Origin: a bacterium
GTDB taxonomy: Bacteria > Patescibacteriota > UBA1384 > VFKW01
DNA length: 64,000 nt
NCBI GenBank assembly: GCA_030647355.1
Contig: JAUSIS010000013.1
Location: forward strand, 48,353-112,352
Direction of reading: 5' to 3'
In this document: one piece after another, positions 37,762-46,511 of the stretch
How positions within the stretch are numbered: position 1 is the first letter of the stretch
Layout of the letters: every line of letters starts with the position of its first letter
Notes under the pieces: model-generated
What the model saw: the letters and a program-made list of their open reading frames with translations, nothing else
Told to the model about the DNA's origin: nothing
Database searches by the model: none
Translations under genes and position numbers: made by a program

Positions 37762-38781
37762 CTATGTGTCAACTTGATAACGGGTAACACTCTGCCAATC
37801 TAACTCTTTTTTAGCAAAAACAGACCGGAAAAACCCTAGGAGATTCATTGATAAATTTATCAAATACAATAAAGGGAATAGCGGAATATAAAGCATCGCC
37901 CAAAATTGGCGCTCAAGACTTATCATTATTGACGAAGTAATAATCAGCGAAACATACATCCAAAGCAAAACTCGAAGCACCATTTGAGGATAAACAATAA
38001 TTAAGGCGATGGACAAAGCAAGAGCAATATAATCCGAGAGCATAATATACAATTCGAGACCTATTCGCGAATATGATCTGTATAGTTTATGAAGAACTAC
38101 ATTCTGCCAAAACCCGGTGTACCAACGGAGGACCTGTCGGCAATAATCCCTTAAGGTTAATGGATCTTGCGTAACCACCTTGGCCTTAGGAGCATATATC
38201 ACCTTTCCTAACTTCTTTGTGTGGATTTGAAGAGTCAAATCAAAATCCTCCGTCAGAGTGCGTCCGGAAAAATCGAGGTTCGATAATACATCACTTCTGT
38301 ATAAAGATGCGCAACCAGGCGCTACCAATATAGTTCCCATTTTATCCTGAGCATTTTTAAAAACCCTATGTGTAAAACTATATTCATAAGTTCTAAAAGC
38401 ACTTACCAAACCCTTGCGATCACTCGTTACCGTTCCTACTATACAGGCCGGTTTCAAGTCAATAAACTTTTTTATTTCTTCGTAAAAATTACTCGACAAA
38501 CGACTATCGGCATCGGAAAACAGAATATACCGATATCGTTCGAGTAATTTTTTTGATTTTATCAGCCGATCAAGCGCCCGCGCCTTGCCTACCCTTCCCG
38601 TTAAGCTAAGGACATTTACATTTTGTGATTTTGCCAAGCTGGCAGTCCTATCAGTAGAACCATCGCTAACAACGTAAATGTGTTCTTTGCGCACGATGCG
38701 CTTCAATGCGCAGATAGATGAATCAATGACCTTCTCTTCGTTAAGGGCAGGGATGGCAACGCAGAAATCTGCTCTAGGCAT
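37762..38781 (-). CDS. GT2 processive glycosyltransferase
   Basis: IPALNEE, DGSTD, GKARAL, DADS, TEDFD, QVLRW; ATG 38781 overlaps the upstream small ORF. Confidence 0.9.
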   Translation of the reverse strand: MPRADFCVAIPALNEEKVIDSSICALKRIVRKEHIYVVSDGSTDRTASLAKSQNVNVLSLTGRVGKARALDRLIKSKKLLERYRYILFSDADSRLSSNFYEEIKKFIDLKPACIVGTVTSDRKGLVSAFRTYEYSFTHRVFKNAQDKMGTILVAPGCASLYRSDVLSNLDFSGRTLTEDFDLTLQIHTKKLGKVIYAPKAKVVTQDPLTLRDYCRQVLRWYTGFWQNVVLHKLYRSYSRIGLELYIMLSDYIALALSIALIIVYPQMVLRVLLWMYVSLIITSSIMISLERQFWAMLYIPLFPLLYLINLSMNLLGFFRSVFAKKELDWQSVTRYQVDT

Positions 38782-38890
38782 TATGTCGTAGAACGCGCGC
38801 AAATCGAACAGCTAAGCTGACAACATACAATGCAGCTACCACTAGTAAGTGGATGACAAAACTTGGACCGGCAACTGGTAGAGTATACAT
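38774..38890 (-). CDS. 38-aa membrane peptide resembling a stand-alone LPxTG-type sorting signal
   Basis: MYTLPVAG + hydrophobic helix + RFARVLRH; AAAGGA SD; below the ORF track cutoff. Confidence 0.55.
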   Translation of the reverse strand: MYTLPVAGPSFVIHLLVVAALYVVSLAVRFARVLRHNA

Positions 38891-38948
38891 ACCTATTCCT
38901 TTCTATAAAAAATAAGGAGGCGTTAGTCCTCCTTACTGGGTTGGCAAC

Positions 38949-38977
38949 AGTATAAAACAATACCTGCCACAAGTCAA
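38949..38977 (-). promoter_or_regulatory. sigma70 promoter of the GT2/GH26 operon
   Basis: TTGACT-17 nt-TATACT. Confidence 0.65.
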
Positions 38978-39076
38978 CAGTTAATATCTACAAAAAAATT
39001 CATAATATATTAAATTAATGCCGATTATAAACTAATACCAATTGACTAATCTACCAAAATAAGGTAGCATCTGGTT

Positions 39077-40759
39077 ATGAAAAAAATTTCTTTAATTCTA
39101 ATTCCAGTATTAATCCTCATATTGTTGGCAAGTCGCCATGACAGCAAAGTTAGCCCGGATTCCTCCAACTTAATCAACAATCCCTCAGTCGAATCGATTA
39201 ACAAAATCACCAATAAACCAAATAATTGGAGTTCCGATAGCTGGGGCGAGAATCAGACAAAATTTACTTACGACAAAAAGAAATCCCAAGACGGGAAGAA
39301 TAGTCTTAAGGTAGAGATCGCTAAATACACAGACGGAGATGCAAAATGGCTATCCAAACCAATTCCGGTATTTTCGGATAAAGAATATAATTTTTCAAAT
39401 TATTACAAAAGTTCTGTTCCTACCGACACGGTAGTAAGATTTACCGATGACCATAATCAGATCACTTACAAAACCTTGGGAACTAACCCTCCCTCAAACA
39501 GCTGGAAGAAAATAAATTATACAATTAAAACGCCTCTGAATACTACTGAATTGACAGTCTTTCAAATAATAGGGTCTGTCGGATTCCTTCAAACTGATAG
39601 CTACAGTTTGAAGTATGCAACTGTTCCAATTATCACTAACAACATACCTAACAACTCTTTAGAACAAGCTTCTAATGAAAATAGCAATCTGCCCCTCGCA
39701 TGGCAGACAAATAATAATGGAGCTAACTCTGCCAAATTCACTTATCTAAAAGACGGCCATAATGGAGGCCGTAGCGTCAAAACACAAATCACCGGCTACA
39801 CAGGCGGAGACGCCAAATGGCACTATACACCTCAACCAATAGAGCCGGAAGCATCTTACCGATTTACAGACCTTTATAAGTCAAATATACAAAGCGAAGT
39901 CATCGTCGCTTTTACCCAAGACGATGAATCAACGATCTATCAATCATTAAAAAATGCCCCTGCCTCCTCTAGCTGGAATGAATATTCAGATATGATTACC
40001 ACTCCGGTCGGCAGTCAAGAAGTTACTGTCTATCATCTCATTGCTGGTATAGGATATCTCATTACGGATGATTATTCGTTAATCCCTGTATCCGTCCCGG
40101 GATTCAATCGAGCAATAGTGACGCTTACCTTTGATGACGGTTTCGAATCGGTCTACAAGAACGGTCTGCCGCTCATGAAAAAGTATGACATATCATCCAC
40201 TCAATATATAATTTCAAATATGATAAACGAACCGAATTATATGAGTAAAAGCCAAATAGCTAGATTGCAATCTAATGGTCATGAGATAGGTTCTCATACC
40301 AAAAGCCACGCTGATCTTACCAGCTTAACACTAAATGATCTGAAAAATGAACTGGCTCAGTCCAAAATCGATTTAGAAAGAAAATTCAACTCAATTACTA
40401 ATCTTGCCATTCCCTATGGAGCTCATAACGACCAAGTCATAACCCAGACCAAACAATATTATCGCTCAGCGAGAACAACGGACACCGGTTATAATTCAAT
40501 CACTACTTTCAATCCCTATCAACTTAGAATCCAGGAGGTCAACAACTCCACAACTCCTCAAGAGATCGCAAGCTGGGTTGATAAGGCGATACAAGATAAA
40601 GTTTGGCTAATCATCCTATACCACAGAATAGAAGACAAAGGTGGCCTATTTAGCACAACCCCTAAAATCTTCGAAGAAAATCTAAGTTATATAAAAACAA
40701 GCGATGTAAAAACAGCTACTCTCAACCAAGCACTAGATGAGCTGACACCCCAACTTTAA
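39077..40759 (+). CDS. polysaccharide deacetylase (CE4/NodB) with two CBM-like repeats
   Basis: TLTFDDG, HEIGSHTKSH, PYG, LYH; duplicated Y.GDAKW repeat. Confidence 0.88.
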   Translation: MKKISLILIPVLILILLASRHDSKVSPDSSNLINNPSVESINKITNKPNNWSSDSWGENQTKFTYDKKKSQDGKNSLKVEIAKYTDGDAKWLSKPIPVFSDKEYNFSNYYKSSVPTDTVVRFTDDHNQITYKTLGTNPPSNSWKKINYTIKTPLNTTELTVFQIIGSVGFLQTDSYSLKYATVPIITNNIPNNSLEQASNENSNLPLAWQTNNNGANSAKFTYLKDGHNGGRSVKTQITGYTGGDAKWHYTPQPIEPEASYRFTDLYKSNIQSEVIVAFTQDDESTIYQSLKNAPASSSWNEYSDMITTPVGSQEVTVYHLIAGIGYLITDDYSLIPVSVPGFNRAIVTLTFDDGFESVYKNGLPLMKKYDISSTQYIISNMINEPNYMSKSQIARLQSNGHEIGSHTKSHADLTSLTLNDLKNELAQSKIDLERKFNSITNLAIPYGAHNDQVITQTKQYYRSARTTDTGYNSITTFNPYQLRIQEVNNSTTPQEIASWVDKAIQDKVWLIILYHRIEDKGGLFSTTPKIFEENLSYIKTSDVKTATLNQALDELTPQL

Positions 40760-40772
40760 AGAAGTTATAAAC

Positions 40773-40799
40773 AAAAAAACGCCTGCCAGGCGTTTTTTT
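40773..40799. terminator. bidirectional terminator
   Basis: AAAAAAACGCCTG-c-CAGGCGTTTTTTT. Confidence 0.75.
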
Positions 40800-40803
40800 G
40801 ATC

Positions 40804-41125
40804 TGGCACCGCCAACGGGAGTCCTCCTCACCTGTCATTCCACTGTGCTGCGGCACCCCGGGCGTTCACATCTCACGCCCGTCGCATATGTGCTCGTTAT
40901 TCCTCGCATACGACCCTTCGGAGACTGGGTTCCTCGCTTACGCTCCGCTAAAATCACTCGCCTTTGTCGGCCGTCTCCAGCTTTGCCGGAGAATCAGGGC
41001 GGCCTGACGTAAGATGAATTCGGCTCCGCCGATCTATATAAATGACGAACATCCACTGGATGCGTTCGGGTTCGCTTCGACTCCCGGATAAATATAAAAT
41101 GACCACACGGGTCATTTTATATTTG
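40804..41125 (-). mobile_element. ~300-bp structured insert at the tRNA-Glu 3' end, with displaced CCA-bearing 3' fragment (att-like duplication)
   Basis: ACCGCCAACGGGAGTC at 40808-40823 and 41127-41142; only the distal copy ends in CCA. Confidence 0.55.
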
Positions 41126-41197
41126 TACCGCCAACGGGAGTCGAACCCGTATTACAAGGTTGAGAACCTTGCGTCCTAACCGCTAGACGATGGCGGC
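41126..41197 (-). tRNA. tRNA-Glu(CTC)
   Basis: Cloverleaf GCCGCCA/TGGCGGT, anticodon arm CAAGG-TTCTCAA-CCTTG, GGTTCGACTCC; no encoded CCA. Confidence 0.93.
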
Positions 41198-41253
41198 ATA
41201 AAATCCTCGGCTGTTTCAGCCGATTAAAAACCAACATTCCCTAAACTGAAAAT

Positions 41254-41634
41254 CTAGCTCTTAACAGAAAAATATTCATCAATTATCTCAATAATCTTTT
41301 GAGGAGTAACTTCTGTCTTTAAAAGAAAATCAATAACATGCGGTTGAGCGTCTTTGCGGTAATTGAAATGATCATAAGCAGTTAATACCAGTATAGGAAT
41401 CTCCTTCAGCATCGGGTTGCTCTTCAATATCCTGATAACCTGTATCCCGCCTTGCTTAGGGAGCATCAAATCTAAAAGTATCAGATCCGGCGTTTCCCCT
41501 ATTGCTTTCACAACTGCCTTTTCCCCGTCCTCTGCCGTTACAACCTTATATCCAGCTTTTTCTAACCTTATTTTATATAATCGAAGCAACTCGCTGTCAT
41601 CTTCGACAACTAATATTTTCCGGAAGAATTTCAT
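41254..41634 (-). CDS. single-domain response regulator
   Basis: ILVVEDD, LLDLMLP, LTA, K. Confidence 0.9.
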   Translation of the reverse strand: MKFFRKILVVEDDSELLRLYKIRLEKAGYKVVTAEDGEKAVVKAIGETPDLILLDLMLPKQGGIQVIRILKSNPMLKEIPILVLTAYDHFNYRKDAQPHVIDFLLKTEVTPQKIIEIIDEYFSVKS

Positions 41635-41700
41635 ATTCCTCCTTAATTGAGCACATTGTATCAGAAATGCCCGGTAATTTCAAATATTATAGAAAGCGGA

Positions 41701-41892
41701 CTACTTCTTGGATTCGGTAAGAATGGGATAGATCAAATAAAGGAAACGCTTCATACCCTTATCTTTCTCCAAGTACTCCTGCTTAATAGCAGAATCGGCA
41801 TCATAGAGCACATCCGCAAACCAACCGGCGCTGTGCTCCATAACATCCCCTACCGTGACAAATTCCCTGATTGCTTTTCTCGTCATGGTCAA
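41701..41892 (-). CDS. small hypothetical protein
   Basis: AAGGAG SD, co-oriented with the receiver gene. Confidence 0.45.
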   Translation of the reverse strand: MTMTRKAIREFVTVGDVMEHSAGWFADVLYDADSAIKQEYLEKDKGMKRFLYLIYPILTESKK

Positions 41893-41985
41893 CTCCTTTA
41901 TTTAACAATAGACTAGTGAATACGAGAAATATTTAGAATTTATATTAATTATTAATCAATATTAGAGCAATGTTTGACATTTTAA

Positions 41986-42597
41986 CTAAACAGCTGAAAG
42001 AAACCTCTTATTAACCATATCCCAGTCAATATTTTTCCAAAAAGCTTCGATATAGCCCTTCCTATCGCTGCCATAATCTATAAAATAGGCATGCTCATAG
42101 ACATCCAGCACCAAAATTGGAATCGCTCCCCATATTCCTCCTTGGTTGTGGGCGTCGCAGGCATAGCAGTGTAACTTGGCATCCAACGGATTTACTGCCA
42201 ATACAACCCACCCTCTTGCGCCCATGCCGGAAGCCGTTAGAACCCCTTTAAAACCATCCATTGAACCAAACTGGTCAATTATGGCTCTTCCGACTTCCAA
42301 GCCCCTAGGCAAGCCCTTACCACCCAAATTATCAAAATACAGCTCGTGAAGAATAATCCCATCGCAAGTAAAGGTTTCGCCTTGTTGTAAATCTCGCCAC
42401 TCACTTTGCGACGCGTTAGCTTCTGCTTGATTGACTGACTCCAATTTCTCCTGTATTTCGTTATATTTCTTAACATAACCCTGATAGAGTTTGCCCCAAT
42501 GGGTTTCCAGAGTCTTACTCGAGATACCCTCGAGAGACTTCATGTCAAATTTTAATGGTTTAGGTTCATACGCCATACATTCTCCAATCTCTACCAC
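41986..42597 (-). CDS. Fe/Mn superoxide dismutase family protein (start possibly 42576)
   Basis: ETH, LHELYF, GWVVL, LDVYEHAYFIDY. Confidence 0.88.
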   Translation of the reverse strand: MVEIGECMAYEPKPLKFDMKSLEGISSKTLETHWGKLYQGYVKKYNEIQEKLESVNQAEANASQSEWRDLQQGETFTCDGIILHELYFDNLGGKGLPRGLEVGRAIIDQFGSMDGFKGVLTASGMGARGWVVLAVNPLDAKLHCYACDAHNQGGIWGAIPILVLDVYEHAYFIDYGSDRKGYIEAFWKNIDWDMVNKRFLSAV

Positions 42598-42603
42598 TAT
42601 ACC

Positions 42604-43047
42604 TTAAATATTTTCCTGTTCATTATCAATTCTTCTAGATTTATAGTTCACAATCGCCGCTCGAAGGGCTTGATCGCCCAAAACCGAACAGTGTATTTTG
42701 CGAGCGGGCAGCCCGTCTAGCTTCGACACTATATCCTGGGGACGGATCTTCCCGGCCTCCTCAAGGGTCATTCCGGTTACCATCTCCGACATAACAGAAG
42801 TAGAGGCAATAGCTGAAGCGCACCCAAAGGTCTGCCATTTGCACTCGGTTATCCTATCTTTGGCTACTTTGATAAAAACTCTCATAAGATCGCCGCAAGC
42901 CGGGCTTCCAACCTCTCCCACACCATCAAACTGGTGAATATCAATTTTACCCGAAATAAAATTGCGGGGATTTAAAAAGTGATCCTTAACCTTATCCGAA
43001 TAGACCCAACCCGCACCATCCTGAGAAATGTCAGGTAATTTACTCAT
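42604..43047 (-). CDS. iscU: Fe-S scaffold IscU/NifU-N
   Basis: HFLNPRN, ACGD, FGCASAIAS, KIHCSVL. Confidence 0.92.
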   Translation of the reverse strand: MSKLPDISQDGAGWVYSDKVKDHFLNPRNFISGKIDIHQFDGVGEVGSPACGDLMRVFIKVAKDRITECKWQTFGCASAIASTSVMSEMVTGMTLEEAGKIRPQDIVSKLDGLPARKIHCSVLGDQALRAAIVNYKSRRIDNEQENI

Positions 43048-44372
43048 ATTTTCTCCTTATCGCTTCTAATTGCCGAGATACTCCTTAGACGTGAAACGAC
43101 AGATGGCAGTACCGCCAAGACATAATCTATATCTTGTTTAGTTGTCCTGCGGCCAAGACTAAACCTTAAACTACCATGCGCTCCCTCATGTGACAAACCA
43201 ATTGCCTTCAAGACATGAGATGGCTCCAAACTATCAGAATTGCACGCCGAACCCGTTGAAACAGCTATCCCTTCCTCGTCAAGCATCAGCACCATCGCCT
43301 CCCCTTCTACACCATAAAAACTAAAATTAGCATTTCCCGGCAATCTATTAACCTTTGAGCCATTTAAACCGGTGTTGCTTATCCGAGTCAATACCCCATC
43401 AATCAGATAATCACGTAATTTTGCTAATCGGGCAGACTCCCCTGTCCTCTCTCTGTCAGCTATCTTGAGCGCTTCCGTAAACCCGACAATCCCTAGAATA
43501 TTCTCTGTTCCACTTCTTAATCCACCTTGCTGACCACCGCCAAAGATAACAGGTTGTATCTTTACCCCATTTCGCACATACAAAATCCCTATACCCGTCG
43601 GGCCATAAATCTTCGTGCCATTCGAGGTTAACAAATCAACATTTAACCTGTTAACATCCAAATCTAAATATCCAGCGGCTTGACAAGCATCGGTATGAAA
43701 ATATATCTTTCCATTATTTTGAGATTTGTCCGCCAGCTGGCGGATTGATTTTTGAGTTTTCAGCCAATTACCAATTTCGGCGATTGGCTGTACTGTTCCT
43801 ATCTCATTATTGGCATACATTATCGAAATTAAGATGGTTTCAGGTCGAATAGCCTGCTTTATATCTTCTAATTTAACCAGCCCATCCTTATCCACCGGTA
43901 GATATGTAACTTCAAACCCCTCTGATTCTAACTGTTTACAGGCGTTAAGCACAGCATGATGCTCAAATTGAGTAGTAATAATATGCCCTTTACATCTAGA
44001 TTCTGAATTCTGGAACATGGAATTAAGTTTGGAATTTTGAACATCAGAATTTTGGATTTGTTTAGAATTTAGAATTTCGGATTTAGAGTTTGCTCTGGCC
44101 ACCCCCAAAATTGCCAGATTATCACTCTCAGTCCCTCCGGAAGTAAAAACTATCTCATCGCTTTGGCAGTGGAGTATCCAGGAAATTTCCGTCCTGCAGT
44201 CACCTATTTTATCCCTTGTCGCCCTTCCTCTTGTATAAATACTAGACGGATTACCGTAACCTCCCTTTAAATAAGGTTCCATCGCCAAAAATACTCTCTT
44301 ATCGAGAGGTGCCAAAGCCGCATGATCTAAATAAACTTCTCTTCTTTCCATCTTTCCCTCATCATTACTCAA
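43044..44372 (-). CDS. iscS: cysteine desulfurase IscS/NifS with two in-frame repeat-derived insertions
   Basis: YLDHAA, GNPSS, FTSGGTESDN, NNEIG, HTDACQ, STGSAC. Confidence 0.93.
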   Translation of the reverse strand: MSNDEGKMERREVYLDHAALAPLDKRVFLAMEPYLKGGYGNPSSIYTRGRATRDKIGDCRTEISWILHCQSDEIVFTSGGTESDNLAILGVARANSKSEILNSKQIQNSDVQNSKLNSMFQNSESRCKGHIITTQFEHHAVLNACKQLESEGFEVTYLPVDKDGLVKLEDIKQAIRPETILISIMYANNEIGTVQPIAEIGNWLKTQKSIRQLADKSQNNGKIYFHTDACQAAGYLDLDVNRLNVDLLTSNGTKIYGPTGIGILYVRNGVKIQPVIFGGGQQGGLRSGTENILGIVGFTEALKIADRERTGESARLAKLRDYLIDGVLTRISNTGLNGSKVNRLPGNANFSFYGVEGEAMVLMLDEEGIAVSTGSACNSDSLEPSHVLKAIGLSHEGAHGSLRFSLGRRTTKQDIDYVLAVLPSVVSRLRSISAIRSDKEKI

Positions 44373-44373
44373 A

Positions 44374-44507
44374 GGTGAACTGTTTTATCGAAAGGTCTTT
44401 CGCAGGTGAGCAAGCATGGTTCCGCCAACTGGCGGATTGCGAACCGAGAATGAGCGACAATTTTCGCTGGAAAATTGTACGCGTGCCTTGAGATAAAATA
44501 TTTCACC
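44374..44507. repeat. structured intergenic element, copy 2
   Basis: Core shared with 7587-7720; different but self-complementary closing stem GGTGAA...TTCACC. Confidence 0.65.
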
Positions 44508-44726
44508 CTACACCGCCCTCAACTCCTTAAATCCCTTCATCTTCTCAGTCAAAAGTTTCTCAACCCCCATTTTAAGAGTTATAGAAGCCATCGGACAACC
44601 ATTACATGCTCCAATCAAATGAACCTTAACAACCCCGTCTTTTAGCTCAACTAATTCAACATCTCCTCCATCGGCCTGCAAACTCGGCCTTATCTCATCT
44701 AATATCTTTTCCACATCTTCATGCAT
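44508..44726 (-). CDS. NifU C-terminal (Nfu) domain protein
   Basis: IRPSLQADGGDVEL, GACNGCP. Confidence 0.9.
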   Translation of the reverse strand: MHEDVEKILDEIRPSLQADGGDVELVELKDGVVKVHLIGACNGCPMASITLKMGVEKLLTEKMKGFKELRAV

Positions 44727-45130
44727 GACGCATCTCCTTTCACTAACTTTCCTAATGTTAAATCACCAATAATACCATCTATCGCTCCCTGTAAAGAAAT
44801 AAGAATCGAATTCCTCGGACAAACTGACGAACCTGCGCACTCCTTTTCCCCTCCACAACAGGGACAGTGGATAATCGGCTCGCCGATCGCCTCCAAGACC
44901 TCCCTTAAAACTATCCTATCTGCAGGCTTGGCTAGCCGATAACCGCCGGATTTACCTTCTTCACCCGCAACTAACCCTGCTTTTGATAGTAAAAAAGCTA
45001 CATTTCGCAGCAATCCATAAGAAACCTGACATTTTTTCGCCAGTTGAGATAAGGACACTAGTCCGGTGCCCTCAAGCGCCAGTTCGCTGGCTAGTATCAC
45101 AGAATATTCTGCTTTTTTAGTAAATTTCAT
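44699..45130 (-). CDS. Rrf2 family transcriptional regulator (IscR-like)
   Basis: KAEY, GKSGGYRLAK, Cys cluster CPCC...C....C. Confidence 0.88.
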   Translation of the reverse strand: MKFTKKAEYSVILASELALEGTGLVSLSQLAKKCQVSYGLLRNVAFLLSKAGLVAGEEGKSGGYRLAKPADRIVLREVLEAIGEPIIHCPCCGGEKECAGSSVCPRNSILISLQGAIDGIIGDLTLGKLVKGDASCMKMWKRY

Positions 45131-45224
45131 CTTATACCTTACTGTTACTATTCTAGTTACAGTTTAGCACATTCAAAATGACAGTCAAGCATAAATTCAA
45201 CTCTAAAGTCATAAAAAGTCCGTT

Positions 45225-45464
45225 TTATTTTAGCTCAAGTATTTTATCAATTTTTTCCCTGTCAAAACCTATGATAATTTCATCCCCGACCCATATCTGC
45301 GGTACGCTTGTCTGACCGGACTTCCCCACCATCTTTTCAGATTGATAAGGATCTATCAAAACATCAATCGCTTTATATCTAACTTTCTTTTCGTCCAAAT
45401 ATTGCTTCAATCGTAAACACCATGGACATTGGGGTGTTGAATATACAATAACATTTTTATCCAT
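45225..45464 (-). CDS. glutaredoxin-like protein
   Basis: YSTPQCPWC, SVPQI, GFD. Confidence 0.88.
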   Translation of the reverse strand: MDKNVIVYSTPQCPWCLRLKQYLDEKKVRYKAIDVLIDPYQSEKMVGKSGQTSVPQIWVGDEIIIGFDREKIDKILELK

Positions 45465-45471
45465 AATCCCC

Positions 45472-45771
45472 CTAAATGGCGTCAACCATCTTCAAAATAG
45501 CTTCAACTTCCGCTTTCTTGACTGACTTTATCTTGTAATGCTTCTTTTTACCGCATTTCTTTTCACTCACATACCCCGCCTCGACTAAATATTTCATATG
45601 ATATGACAATAAATTCTTTGGCATCTTGAGCAGATTCACCAGATCGCAGCCGCAGTAAGTGTCCTCACATTTAAATAGAGCTGAGAGTAAAAGAATTTTG
45701 CTGTCATTAAAGATTCGCAACTTATCTAAAGTGGGTTTATTTAGTCTCATCTGTCCTCCTAAGTTCAACAT
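45472..45771 (-). CDS. ArsR family transcriptional regulator
   Basis: CGCDL, LSYHMKYLVEAG.V..K.CG. Confidence 0.8.
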   Translation of the reverse strand: MLNLGGQMRLNKPTLDKLRIFNDSKILLLSALFKCEDTYCGCDLVNLLKMPKNLLSYHMKYLVEAGYVSEKKCGKKKHYKIKSVKKAEVEAILKMVDAI

Positions 45772-46055
45772 TACTTGTACAATATATTAATATAAACTCT
45801 ATGTCAATACCAAAGATAACTGCGCATCAATAGACTGAAAGTCCATCCATACACAGTCATCTTAATTGTGGACCAATATGCGATTCTACCCCCTGCTTTT
45901 CCTCGCTTCTATTTCTGCTGTGGCAACATAGATACCATAGCAGTATGGCCCTATTCTCTAACATTTATCGAAGCGCCGAAAGATGATTAATTAAGAAAAT
46001 AAAGTTGAAAGATACTAAAAAATTGTAAAAATATATAAAAATAATTTACATGCCT

Positions 46056-46439
46056 CTATTTTTTAACCAGATTTACCCGCTTCGGCAATATTCTTACCGA
46101 CAAGATAAATTTTCTCGACTGCCCTTGGGCATCTTCAATTTCATTGGTCTTTTTCTTTTGATAAACTTCCATAAGCTCAGTTGCTAAAATCTCTTTTAGA
46201 ATGGCGATCTCTTCATTGTTTGCCTTAATCTCATCCAAAAGACCGCGACAAGAATCACTGGCAAATACTATTTCCTTCGCCTGTTTCTTTCGCGCCATCG
46301 TTTCTTTTGTTTGAAGCGACACCTCGACATACTGCTGATCATTATCTAGTTCGGCTTTAAGAGCACTTTTAGCAATCTTAACCTCTTGCTCTAATTTTTC
46401 CAGCAAACTAATGCGATTTTGGATTGTGGTCTCTTCCAT
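46056..46439 (-). CDS. hypothetical coiled-coil protein
   Basis: AGGAG SD; charged helical ORF. Confidence 0.65.
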   Translation of the reverse strand: MEETTIQNRISLLEKLEQEVKIAKSALKAELDNDQQYVEVSLQTKETMARKKQAKEIVFASDSCRGLLDEIKANNEEIAILKEILATELMEVYQKKKTNEIEDAQGQSRKFILSVRILPKRVNLVKK

Positions 46440-46511
46440 ATTCTCTCCTATTATTCTAACTTAAAAATGATAACACAAAAATAACTCCCGGCAAACTACC
46501 ACTAAATATAG

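Noticed and set aside
45780-46050. Small ORF or pseudogene upstream of the ArsR gene
   Set aside because: Only short frames with no supportable homology.
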